Positions 30,640 through 39,871 of a stretch of DNA of 64,000 nucleotides are shown in pieces. Under the pieces are notes generated by a model. It was not told where the DNA came from, made no database searches, and saw only the letters and a list, made by a program, of their open reading frames with translations. This stretch comes from an uncultured Gemmatimonadales bacterium. Its GTDB lineage: Bacteria; Gemmatimonadota; Gemmatimonadetes; Gemmatimonadales; GWC2-71-9. Every line of letters begins with the position of its first letter. The stretch's first letter is position 1. The stretch is taken from positions 896,001 through 960,000 of the forward strand of contig CAVUAK010000001.1 in NCBI GenBank assembly GCA_963739455.1, read 5' to 3'. The position numbers and the translations under genes were made by a program.

Positions 30640-30701
30640 GAGTCAAGGGTTAGGAGTTAGGAGTGTTGGCCTCTCCTGGCTCCTAACCGTCAACTCCTAA
30701 C
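30632..30701. repeat. Fold-back heptamer repeat GGAGTTA/TCCTAAC between convergent genes
   Basis: 5 direct units then 4 inverted units; both stop codons lie inside the repeat. Confidence 0.85.
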
Positions 30702-31218
30702 CCTTCACCATTCGAAGAATCCAGCTCAAGACAATCCACGCCAGCCACAGTGATCCCGCCACAATCGCTGCGAACAGCAGGCTGAATACCACCACCACCC
30801 ATTTACTCTGCCGCTCGGCTCGGCGTGGATTCGCCAGCCACGCGTCCAGCAGCTTCCGGTTCTTCGTGTTCGCCTTCCAGGTCGCATCGAACAGGTCACC
30901 GATCAGTGGCACCGCACCGAACACCGTGTCGATGGTGATGTTCATCAGCATCCGCGCCAGCACCGGCACCGGGGCGCGCAGCTTGAACGCCAGCATCAGC
31001 GCGTACGCGCCGAGCGCGCTCACGGTGAGGTCACCGACCCCGGGCACCAAGCCCACGATGGAGTCGAAGCCGAAGCGGAACTTTGTGCCCGGGACGCGGA
31101 ACATTTCGTCCGCCCCCCAGGCCAGCTTCCGGTAGCTCTCCAGCATCTTGTCGTCCCGCGTACTGACGAGCGAGGGCGCGGGTGGGACAGGACTGGTTGT
31201 CGGTGGTTTCCTTGCCAT
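30697..31218 (-). CDS. DUF4112 membrane protein
   Basis: FRVPGTKFRFGFDSIVGLVPGVGD, GAVPLIGDLFD..WKAN.KN. Confidence 0.9.
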   Translation of the reverse strand: MARKPPTTSPVPPAPSLVSTRDDKMLESYRKLAWGADEMFRVPGTKFRFGFDSIVGLVPGVGDLTVSALGAYALMLAFKLRAPVPVLARMLMNITIDTVFGAVPLIGDLFDATWKANTKNRKLLDAWLANPRRAERQSKWVVVVFSLLFAAIVAGSLWLAWIVLSWILRMVKG

Positions 31219-31269
31219 GGGCGAAGGATACCCCGGCACGCGTGTCAGAATGCGCCCCACTTGCCCTCC

Positions 31270-31465
31270 ACCACGACCTGATGCAGCTGGTGAGGGCTAC
31301 CGGCTCACGTTCGTCATCTACCTCGCGGCCACGCTGTTACCATTGGTGGCACCCTGGCTGGCGCTCATCGTCAATGTTGCGGTGCGCCTGCACCTCCCGC
31401 GCATCGCACACCAGCATGCCACGCGCCTGCACGAGGCTGCCTCCCGCGCGAGCGTCAGAACGTGA
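31270..31465 (+). pseudogene. C-terminal fragment of a membrane protein (TMEM175/DUF1211-like)
   Basis: YRLTFVIYLAATLLPLVAPWLALIVNVAV with no N-terminal part or start. Confidence 0.4.
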
Positions 31466-31491
31466 TGCCGTCCCTATACCACGGTCACTCC

Positions 31492-31986
31492 ATGCGCCTG
31501 GCCATCACTTCGTTCCATGCGGCCGCACTCACATTCCTGCTTGCGTCGACCATCCGCGCGCAGGCCCCGACCGGAGAGGAGGCCGCGGCCCTTGCCGTGG
31601 CCGATTCATCCCTGGCCGCGATCAGCCGCTCCGACTTCGTCGGCTTCACCGACTTCATGCTCGACTCGGCCGTCACCTTCTCCGCCGGACAGCGGAATGG
31701 CCGGTACCAGGTGCAGTTCAACACCAGGGCCGCGCAGCGGGCCATGCGCACTACCTCCCGCTTCACCGAGCGAGGGTATCACCCCACCGTCATGGTCTCG
31801 GGCCCTGTCGCCATGGTGTGGCTGCCCTACGACTTCTATCAGGATGGCAAGTGGTCTCATTGTGGCGTTGACGTCTTCACGCTCCTCAAGACCGAGGTCG
31901 GCTGGCGCATTGCCACCGTGGTCTGGAGTGCGGATCAGCCGCCAGTGTGTTCCCCACACCCCGATGGCCCGCCACCGGGTCCGTGA
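31492..31986 (+). CDS. Secreted NTF2/SnoaL-like protein
   Basis: Signal peptide; AMVWLPYDFY.DGK.SHCGVD.F.L....GWRI. Confidence 0.85.
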   Translation: MRLAITSFHAAALTFLLASTIRAQAPTGEEAAALAVADSSLAAISRSDFVGFTDFMLDSAVTFSAGQRNGRYQVQFNTRAAQRAMRTTSRFTERGYHPTVMVSGPVAMVWLPYDFYQDGKWSHCGVDVFTLLKTEVGWRIATVVWSADQPPVCSPHPDGPPPGP

Positions 31987-32038
31987 CATGCTCTTCCACA
32001 CGCGTCGCGTCAGCACCTTCCCCTAACCGGAGTTTCCG

Positions 32039-32335
32039 ATGGCTTACGGAATTGCGACACACTCAGCGAACTTCGGCGTCGGGCCCAAGGACCAGAGCGA
32101 CCGGGTCTACTCCGGCCCGTCCGAAACCATCCTTCTCACCGTCACCACCGATTCCCGTCAGGCCGAGGGCGGCATCCAGGTGATGGTCAACGGCCTCGCG
32201 GCCCCCGATGGCCTGCTGCTATCAGGCTCAACCGAAACCCGCACCCTCAAGCTGGTCGGCTGCCAGAACGTCGACATCCAGCTCCGCGGCGATGCCAAGG
32301 TCTCTGGCACCTACACCATCAGCGTCCCGCTCTAG
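32039..32335 (+). CDS. Hypothetical protein, 98 aa, beta-rich
   Basis: RBS GGAG, strong GC3 codon bias. Confidence 0.65.
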   Translation: MAYGIATHSANFGVGPKDQSDRVYSGPSETILLTVTTDSRQAEGGIQVMVNGLAAPDGLLLSGSTETRTLKLVGCQNVDIQLRGDAKVSGTYTISVPL

Positions 32336-32393
32336 CGCGCGGGTTCATGCTCTCGAGTCTTGAACCCCACCACGTTTCGCCTTCGGAGTTCGC

Positions 32394-32906
32394 ATGAGAC
32401 GCAGCCCCATCGCCACGGGGACCGTGACCCTTGTACTCCTGCTCGCTGGGTCGTGCCGCAGCCAGGATGGCAGCGGGCAACCCGATCGTCCGCCAGGCCC
32501 AGCGGCGCCATTCGATCTCGGCGCAGCGCGCGCGATCATCGAGCAAAGGAATGCCCAGTTCACAGCGGCCCATGTTGCCGGTGACGTGGCCACTATCGAC
32601 GCGATGTTCACACGGGACGCCAAGTCTTTCCCCCCTGCCGCAGAAGCAGCCATCGGGCCGGAAGCGCTCCACACATTGACGGTGGAATACCTGAAGTCCG
32701 GGATCAAGACGTTCAGCGAGCACACCACGGACCTTTATGGAACAGGTGAACTCCTGGTCGATCAGGGGGAGTACACCGTTACCTACGGCCCAGAGAGCAC
32801 CGTCGAGCGGGGCAAGTACCTGAATGTGTGGAAGCAAGAGGATGGGGAATGGAAGATTCATGCGAATATCTGGAACGCGAGCCCCACACTCGCAGTCCCG
32901 CAGTGA
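32394..32906 (+). CDS. DUF4440/NTF2-like lipoprotein
   Basis: LAGSC lipobox-like; ERGKYLNVWKQEDGEWKI. Confidence 0.85.
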   Translation: MRRSPIATGTVTLVLLLAGSCRSQDGSGQPDRPPGPAAPFDLGAARAIIEQRNAQFTAAHVAGDVATIDAMFTRDAKSFPPAAEAAIGPEALHTLTVEYLKSGIKTFSEHTTDLYGTGELLVDQGEYTVTYGPESTVERGKYLNVWKQEDGEWKIHANIWNASPTLAVPQ

Positions 32907-33358
32907 AGAGCGCTGACCTGGATGATCTCGCTGCACGGTTTGTCGCGTGCCGACTTCCACACAATGAGTGGACCCACCAGGCGCATCTTGCCGTCGGGGC
33001 ATGGCACGTGGATCGGTATGGGAAAGATGAAGCACTGGCGCAGCTGCGGATCGGAATTCGGCGGCTCAACGACAGCCATGGGACGCCCAACTCCGCATCC
33101 CGTGGCTATCACGAAACGATTACGCGCGCGTATGTCGTGCTGGTGACAGAATTTCTTGACGCGTGCCCGAAGGAGACGTCGCTGCCGGAGCGAATTGCCC
33201 AACTGCACGCCAGTCCCGTCGCGGAGAAGGAGGCGCTGCTTGTCTTCTACTCTCGCGAGCGCTTGATGTCACCTGAGGCGCGAGCGGCATGGGTGGAACC
33301 TGATCTCCTGCCGCTCCGCCTCACCCGTCCCACTACGCCGTCTTCAAGGGCCCGATGA
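32903..33358 (+). CDS. Conserved hypothetical protein
   Basis: WTHQAHL, GYHETIT, YSRERLMSPEAR..WVEPDL; GTGA overlap with the upstream stop. Confidence 0.75.
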   Translation: MKSADLDDLAARFVACRLPHNEWTHQAHLAVGAWHVDRYGKDEALAQLRIGIRRLNDSHGTPNSASRGYHETITRAYVVLVTEFLDACPKETSLPERIAQLHASPVAEKEALLVFYSRERLMSPEARAAWVEPDLLPLRLTRPTTPSSRAR

Positions 33359-33914
33359 CCTTGTAAGCATTGAAGATGATACCCGACGGAAATGCCCTCG
33401 TGCTGACGAGCTCGAACAGGTGCGCCGGCGTTCTCTCCGCAAAGAAGCGCTTCCCCCTGCCCAGCAGCACCGGATACACCGCCAGCATGACTTCATCAGC
33501 CAGCCCATGCTCGAGCAGCGGCGTGGTCAGCGTCGAGCTGCCGGAGAGGACAAGGTCCGGGCCATCCTGCGACTTGATGCGCCGAATGCCCTCAGCTAAG
33601 TCCGGCCCGACGCCCTCGAACGGGCCCCACGCAAGACTCTCCGGATGATGAGTGGCGACATACTTCGTCGCCGCATTGAGGGCGTCCGCCATAGGACTGC
33701 TCGGCGCCTTTGGCCAGAAGCCGGACCAACCATCATAGGTGCGACGGCCAAGCAGCAGGTCGAAGGTGCCGCCGTACGCAGCGAGCATGGCATCCCGGCC
33801 GGTGGGGCTGCGATAGGGCGCCGTCCAATCGCTATAGGGAAAGTCGTCCCCATCGGCTGAGTGCTGGATCACGCCGTCGAGCGAGATGTGCTCGACGATC
33901 TTGAGCTTTCGCAT
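33333..33914 (-). CDS. Dihydrofolate reductase/RibD C-terminal family protein
   Basis: ISLDGVIQ, LLLGRRTY, GSSTL, VYPVLLGRGKRFF. Confidence 0.9.
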   Translation of the reverse strand: MRKLKIVEHISLDGVIQHSADGDDFPYSDWTAPYRSPTGRDAMLAAYGGTFDLLLGRRTYDGWSGFWPKAPSSPMADALNAATKYVATHHPESLAWGPFEGVGPDLAEGIRRIKSQDGPDLVLSGSSTLTTPLLEHGLADEVMLAVYPVLLGRGKRFFAERTPAHLFELVSTRAFPSGIIFNAYKVIGPLKTA

Positions 33915-34738
33915 CAGGCCTTGCTCAGCTCCGTCGGCATCGGGAAGTGCTCCTGGAACCACGCCTCCCACAGCGGTGTCTCACGGGCGACAGTCGCGGC
34001 CGCCTTGTCGCCGTAGATGTACAGGTTCATTGCTACCGTGGTCGGCCCACCGGGGAAGGTCTGGGCACCAATGGCGGCTATCCCTGGCACCGGGGCGTCG
34101 AGCCTCAACAAACCATCGTAAGGAATCTCGGTGACGGACTCCACCACGCCGCCGAGCGGTGAGACACCCGCGGGCGTCTTCCAGCGCTGACCGACGCTCA
34201 CGCCCTTCACTCCAAGTGCCGCGGTCAGCTTTTCCCAGGCCTCTGCTTCCGTGCTTGTGACGGGAGTCGCGACCTGCATGATTGCGGAGCGCTGCCCGCG
34301 GAAGTGCGTGAGATAGAGCCTCAGGATGTTCAGGAAACCTGCCCATCCGCCCGCGGCACCCTCCAGCTGGTTGTCCCACTCATCGGTGCTGGCGAAGAGG
34401 CTGTGCACGATGCGGACTTTGCAGATGCTTCCGCTCCGCGCTTCAATGGTCCACTCGGTCGCGATCGGTGGCGAGCCCGGGAACGGGCCTTCTCCCTCCT
34501 GGGTAAACCGCAGCGGCCGTTCGCAGGCCGTCACCCTGCTGCGTATGTCCATGCCCGGACCGAAGTGATACGTCACTGCAACTGGCTTCCCGTCGCGTTC
34601 CTCGATATCGGTTGGCACGAACCAGGACGAGATGCCTGGACCGGTGCCGAGGGCCTGCCATACGTCCTCCGGGGTGCCGGGGACCTCGAATTCGAACTGG
34701 ACGGAACGGCGTCCGTTGGCTTCTTGCTTCACGCTCAT
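33914..34738 (-). CDS. SRPBCC/AHSA1 domain protein
   Basis: EVPGTPEDVWQA..TGPGISSWF, GWAGFLNILRLYL. Confidence 0.85.
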   Translation of the reverse strand: MSVKQEANGRRSVQFEFEVPGTPEDVWQALGTGPGISSWFVPTDIEERDGKPVAVTYHFGPGMDIRSRVTACERPLRFTQEGEGPFPGSPPIATEWTIEARSGSICKVRIVHSLFASTDEWDNQLEGAAGGWAGFLNILRLYLTHFRGQRSAIMQVATPVTSTEAEAWEKLTAALGVKGVSVGQRWKTPAGVSPLGGVVESVTEIPYDGLLRLDAPVPGIAAIGAQTFPGGPTTVAMNLYIYGDKAAATVARETPLWEAWFQEHFPMPTELSKA

Positions 34739-35340
34739 TGCAGTAGCTCCTTGGGCTCGGACTTCTGGGGTAGCGGGTGCGCTACGAGGATCAGCCGGTG
34801 CGAGCGGCTTCCGGGGGTAGTGTCATCGTGATACTTCGAAACGAGTGAGGTGATGGCTTCGGTGAGTTCGGCGCTGAACGCGGCGCGGTCCGCGGCCGAC
34901 CGGAAGCTGATCTCGGTATCGACCGACAGGGTCGCCAGGCGCTTGCCTGCCGCGTTCGCGCGACGAACGAGGTCGCCCACTTCCCGGATGACGCGGGCGC
35001 CAAGCGCGATGAGGTAGCTCGCGGACAGCCGGTCGCGTTCCCGGTTGGGATCGACTGCGACCAGGCCCATGGCGCTCGGCGAAACGACATAGGATGCGGC
35101 CGTGGCGACGAGCAGCCGTTCCGTCAGCCCGCCCCATTTGCGTTCCTCGGCCAGCTGCACGAGCCCGTGGGACTCCAGCGCACGCAGGTGGTAGTTGACC
35201 TTCTGCCGACCCACGCCGACTCGGGTGGCAAGCGTCGCCGCCGAGGCGGGGGCGGCCAGCTCGGAGAGGAGCCGGCTTCGTATCGGCTCGAGGGCCACTG
35301 TCGCGGCCGCCGGATCATCGATGACTTGGATGTCGATCAT
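34735..35340 (-). CDS. ArsR-like winged-helix transcriptional regulator
   Basis: LEPIRSRLL.EL, RQKVNYHLRALE.HGLV. Confidence 0.88.
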   Translation of the reverse strand: MIDIQVIDDPAAATVALEPIRSRLLSELAAPASAATLATRVGVGRQKVNYHLRALESHGLVQLAEERKWGGLTERLLVATAASYVVSPSAMGLVAVDPNRERDRLSASYLIALGARVIREVGDLVRRANAAGKRLATLSVDTEISFRSAADRAAFSAELTEAITSLVSKYHDDTTPGSRSHRLILVAHPLPQKSEPKELLQ

Positions 35341-35346
35341 GGGGAG

Positions 35347-35376
35347 ATACTACGCTTGACAGCTTTTCTTGTCAAG
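35347..35376 (-). promoter_or_regulatory. Sigma70 promoter with overlapping palindromic operator (leaderless)
   Basis: TTGACA-17bp-TAGTAT-6nt-ATG; palindrome CTTGACA-N8-TGTCAAG at 35355-35376. Confidence 0.75.
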
Positions 35377-35423
35377 GGGTCGCCAGCAGACCAATCCTGC
35401 CGACTTCGCGCTATACTGGGCAG

Positions 35424-35825
35424 ATGAACCTTGTCTCGATCACGCCCTTCTTCATCGTGGCCGACCTGCAGGCCTCGGTCGCGCATTACGTCGAGCGGTT
35501 CGGCTTCGAGCTGGATTTTCAGGGGCCGCCCGGCGACGCGTACTACGGCCAGGTGCGTCGCGACGGCATCGCGATAATGCTCAAGACCATACTCCCTGAA
35601 ATTCTCCCCTGTCCGAACCACACGCGGCACGAGTGGGCGCGCTGGGACGCATACATCTACTGCCAGAACCCTGACAGCCTCTTCGAGGAGTTCAAGCAGC
35701 GCGGTGCCTCGTTCGTGAAGGAGCTGTCCTTCATCGATGATGGCCTGTGGGGCTTCGAGGTCTCGGATGCGGACGGATACGTGCTGGCCTTCTTCCAGCT
35801 CCGGAACGAGAAGACGCAGCAGTGA
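35424..35825 (+). CDS. VOC family protein
   Basis: PFFIVADLQAS..HY..FGF, WGFEVSDADGYVLAF. Confidence 0.88.
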   Translation: MNLVSITPFFIVADLQASVAHYVERFGFELDFQGPPGDAYYGQVRRDGIAIMLKTILPEILPCPNHTRHEWARWDAYIYCQNPDSLFEEFKQRGASFVKELSFIDDGLWGFEVSDADGYVLAFFQLRNEKTQQ

Positions 35826-35997
35826 GCTTTGGTCTGTTACTAAAGCCTCACTCCGGGTACATCGCGCCGGCCATGAGCTGGTTTCGGCGCTGCGGGGGAG
35901 CTGGCGTGTTGGCGATGCTGGGTGGGCTCCTTGGCCCTCTGCTATCCATCCTCTGGGGTCTCTTCCTCGCAGCGGGGGTTGTTCGTACTTTTTCGTG

Positions 35998-36420
35998 ATG
36001 CAACCCCGTCTGAATGTGCGCGTTGGTTCCATGTCATTCTCCGCCGTTCTCGAATCCGAACGCGCTCCACGGACCGTCGCCGCGTTCCTGGCCCGTCTTC
36101 CCTTTGAGGGGCAACTCGTCCAGGCACGCTGGAGTGGTGAGGCCGGCTGGATTCCACTCGGCGACTACGATCTCGGCGTCACCCATGAGAATGCCACGAG
36201 CCACCCAGCCCCGGGGCAGGTCCTCTGGCACCCACCGGGGCTCAGCGAGGCGGAGCTGCTGCTGCCATACGGAAGCACCTTCTTCTCCAGCCGGGTGGGC
36301 CAGCTGGCAGGCAACCACTTCCTGACGATCGTTGATGACCGTGGTGATCTCGCCGAGGTCGGGCGCAAGCTCCTCTGGGAGGGTGCCCAGCCTGTTCGTT
36401 TCGCACATGAATTCGATTGA
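35998..36420 (+). CDS. DUF3830 cyclophilin-like fold protein
   Basis: APRTVAAF, RWSGEAGWIP, ENATSHPAPG, GQLAGNHFLTI. Confidence 0.85.
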   Translation: MQPRLNVRVGSMSFSAVLESERAPRTVAAFLARLPFEGQLVQARWSGEAGWIPLGDYDLGVTHENATSHPAPGQVLWHPPGLSEAELLLPYGSTFFSSRVGQLAGNHFLTIVDDRGDLAEVGRKLLWEGAQPVRFAHEFD

Positions 36421-36476
36421 CTCGACGGGGTGCTAAGGGTGCAGGCGAACACCCCGCACTGGTCCAGGGTCCTGGG

Positions 36477-36625
36477 TCATGACACCCGCAATGTCAGCTT
36501 GATGCGACAGCGTGCCCACGAGTGAGTCACCCGTCGCCTCCAGCCGCCTTCCAGGCTCCAACGAATGAATGTTGGGCGGCCAGGGATGCAGCGGCGACGA
36601 GGGTAGACCAGGCCAAGCAGAATCG
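36477..36625 (-). pseudogene. Decayed gene for a secreted protein
   Basis: MARTILLGLV then, after a 1-nt shift, TLVAAASLAAQHSFVGAWK (signal peptide plus mature start), then an early stop. Confidence 0.35.
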
Positions 36626-36730
36626 TTCGTGCCATCGCTAGCTTCCCATCGGTAGGGTGGACAAGTCCCTGCGGCTGCTGTCTCTTTGCAATGCCCAGGC
36701 CCGCAGAATGGTTGCAGAGCCGAGGTCTGC

Positions 36731-37204
36731 ATGTCATATGCGCCGTACGAAGTACGCGAAGTGAGTGTCGCCGCGCGACCTGTGGCCGGAGTGCGTGCGC
36801 AGGTGGCGCGGGGCCGCGTCGCGCAGGAGTTCGGGCGACACCTGGACCAGGTCTATGGGGCCGCGCGCGCAGGCGCCGTCAAGCTCGATGGGCAGAACAT
36901 CTTCATCTATCGGGCAGCAACCGCGGAAGAGTTGACGGTCGACTTCTGCGTCGGTACTACCGCGGCATTCAACCCGGCGGGTGCAGTGCTGCCGCTCGAA
37001 ACACCGGGCGGCATGGCCGCGATGACCACGCATCACGGCGAGTACCGGCGCCTCGGCGACGCGAATGCCGCGATCCTCGCCTGGTGCCAGGCAAATGATC
37101 GCCAGCGCGCCGGTCCGTCCTGGGAAGTGTACGGGCACTGGCACGCTGATCCTGCGGAGTTGCGCACCGAGGTCTACTACCTGCTGCGGCCGACAAGCCC
37201 ATGA
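36731..37204 (+). CDS. GyrI-like small-molecule binding protein
   Basis: TTHHGEYRRL, GPSWEVYGHW, LRTEVYYLL. Confidence 0.88.
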   Translation: MSYAPYEVREVSVAARPVAGVRAQVARGRVAQEFGRHLDQVYGAARAGAVKLDGQNIFIYRAATAEELTVDFCVGTTAAFNPAGAVLPLETPGGMAAMTTHHGEYRRLGDANAAILAWCQANDRQRAGPSWEVYGHWHADPAELRTEVYYLLRPTSP

Positions 37205-37905
37205 TGAAACTGATCATCAGGGGGCTCATCGGTGGACTGTTTCAGCTGGCCCTCTATGCCGTTGCCCTTCTCGTTCCGGCGGGCCTCGTTTCCGGAGGCA
37301 CCTGGTACTGGCCTCGCGCGCTCATCTTTCTTGGGCTGTACGGTATTGGCCTCGCAGCCCTCGTCGTGACCCTCACGGTGGTGGCACCGGCCAGTCTCGC
37401 GGCCCGGCTCACCGCACCCGCTTCCGTGAATCAGCCGCAGGCAGATCGCGTCGCCACCGCGTTCCTCGTTCTATCGACGCTGGCGTGGTTCGCCTTCGTG
37501 CCCATCGATGTCTTCTACCTGAAGCTGCTGCCCCCGCCGTCTTTCAGCGTCGCCCTCGGCGGGGCGGCCGTGGCCTTGGCCGGGTTTGCCGTCATCTCCG
37601 CCGCGATCTACCAGAATTCGTTTGCCATACCGATAGTCGAGGATCAATCGGATCGTGCCCAGGCCCTGGTTGACCGGGGACTCTACGCACGCGTGCGACA
37701 CCCGATGTACCTCGGCATACTGCTCTTTCATGCTGGCGTCGCCCTGTGGCTCGGGAGCTACGCGAGTCTGCTGACACTCACCGCTATCCTGCTGGCGTTG
37801 CTCGCCCGTATTGTCGTTGAAGAGACGACACTACAGGCGACGCTCCCGGACTACCGCGCGTATGTGGCGCGCGTGCCTTACCGTCTCGTTCCGCTTGTCT
37901 GGTAG
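37201..37905 (+). CDS. Isoprenylcysteine carboxyl methyltransferase family membrane protein
   Basis: GLYARVRHPMY, RIVVEE..L, YRAY..RVPYRLVP. Confidence 0.88.
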   Translation: MMKLIIRGLIGGLFQLALYAVALLVPAGLVSGGTWYWPRALIFLGLYGIGLAALVVTLTVVAPASLAARLTAPASVNQPQADRVATAFLVLSTLAWFAFVPIDVFYLKLLPPPSFSVALGGAAVALAGFAVISAAIYQNSFAIPIVEDQSDRAQALVDRGLYARVRHPMYLGILLFHAGVALWLGSYASLLTLTAILLALLARIVVEETTLQATLPDYRAYVARVPYRLVPLVW

Positions 37906-37908
37906 GAG

Positions 37909-39847
37909 ATGACGCATCCCTCCGCCGAGTTCCTCGACCTGCAGGCCGCCCTGGCCGGCGAGTACTCGCTCCAGCGCGAGCTCGGCCGTGGCGGCATGGG
38001 CGTCGTCTACCTCGCGCGCGACGTGCAGCTCGATCGCGACGTCGCCATCAAGGTGCTGCCGGCCCACCTCGCCCGCGACCGCCGGCGGCGCGCGAGCGGT
38101 TCGTGCGCGAGGCCCGCATGGCCGCCGGACTCTCGCACCCGCACATCGTCCCGATCCATCGCGTCGGCGAGGCGGACGGCTTCGTCTTCTTCGTCATGAG
38201 CTACGTGGATGGCGAGACGCTCGGCGAGCGACTCCGCACGCGCGGTCCCCTCCCGCCCGCCGACGCGACGCGCGTGCTGCGCGAGGTGGCGTGGGCACTC
38301 GCCTACGCGCACGGACGCGGCATCGTCCACCGCGACGTGAAGCCGGACAACATCCTGCTCGAGGCGGGCACGGGCCGCGCGCTGGTGACCGACTTCGGCA
38401 TCGCGCACGGCGGCCGGGATCCCGGCGTCGTGACCGATCCGGGCAAGATCATGGGCACCGCGCACTTCATGAGTCCCGAGCAGGCGGCGGGCGAAGCCGT
38501 CGATGGACGCAGCGACATCTATTCGCTCGGCGTCGTCGGCTATCTCGCCGTGAGCGGCCGCCTGCCGTTCGAGTCGACGAACCTGCCCGCGTTGCTGGTG
38601 AGCCAGGCGACCGAGCCGCCGCCGAGCGCGATGCTCGCCGCGCCCGGACTCCCTCCAGCACTCGGCGCGGCGATCGACCGCTGCCTCGCTCGCGATCCCG
38701 CTCGAGCGATTCGTCGATGGCGAGGCGCTGGCCGACGCACTCGCTCCGGCGCCTGATGCACGTCCGGCGCTGCCGCCCACGCTGCGCGCCTGGCTCGGCG
38801 CGCGGAATCCGCTGCTCGTTCCCTACCTGGCGTGGTCCGGGCTGTTCGGCGTCCTGACCACGGTCAACCTCGTCGTGTGGCTCGCCGGCAAGCGGCCGGA
38901 TGGACCGGCCGACATCGTGCTCCTCGCGGCGATCGCGTCGGCGCCCCTCCTGCCCATCGTCGGCTTCCACATCAACCAGGCGCGCCGGCAGTTCCGCGCC
39001 GGACACACACTCGCCGACCTGCGGGCGGCACTCGAGGTCGCCCGCCGCGAGCGCGCCGAGACCGAGGCGCTCGCGCGAGACGACAAGGAGCCGATCGCGC
39101 ACCGGGTCCTCCGAGTCGCCACGGTCAGCTCGGCCGACCTGGCTCGCGGTCAACGTCGGGCTGGTTCTCTCCGGGGTCATTCACGAGAATCAACTCGGCA
39201 GGCTTGCAGTCGTGTTCTTCCTCGCACCCATCTTCACGACCCTGGTGCTGGGAGCCGTGAGCAACGCGCTCGATGTGCAGTTCATTCCCACGGGGATTCG
39301 CAGATGGTGGCAGAACGGGATCCGGGATCGCCTCTGGAACAGCAAGCTGGGTGCGTGGCTCGCCCGCCGGCTCGGCGCGCCGGAACGCTCGATGCTCGCC
39401 GGTCCGTCTGCATTTCGCGCGACGGAGGCCGCGCTCGGCGTTGCGGCGTCGGAGCTGTTCGCGGCGCTGCCGAAGGAATACCGGGAGCAGCTCGCCGGGC
39501 TGCCGTCGATCGTCGCCGCGCTCGAGGCACAGGCTGCCGGTGCACGCGCGGAGATCGAGTTGGTCGCCGCCCTCGTCCCAGCTGGATCGGTGAACGCCGA
39601 GGTGCTGGCTGTGCGGAAGAACGCGGCCTCGGCGCACCTCGCCGAGAGCGTCGCGGCGCTCGAGGGAATCCGTCTCGACCTACTCCGGCTGCACGCCGGC
39701 GCTGCCGATCTGGCGCCGCTCACGACGCTGATCGATGCCGCGCGCCTTATTGGCGAGGATGTGAACCGTCTTGCAGATGCGCAGCGGGAGGTCGAGGGCG
39801 GGCTGAGTCGCGGGCTCGGAGCCGCGCGGACGCCGACTCCCGCGTAG
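37909..39847 (+). CDS. Hanks-type Ser/Thr protein kinase with C-terminal membrane domain (about 3 indels)
   Basis: [39 protein letters not shown] across successive frames; TM segments downstream. Confidence 0.88.
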
Positions 39848-39871
39848 CTCCGGCCCGGTGGCTCGCGTGCG

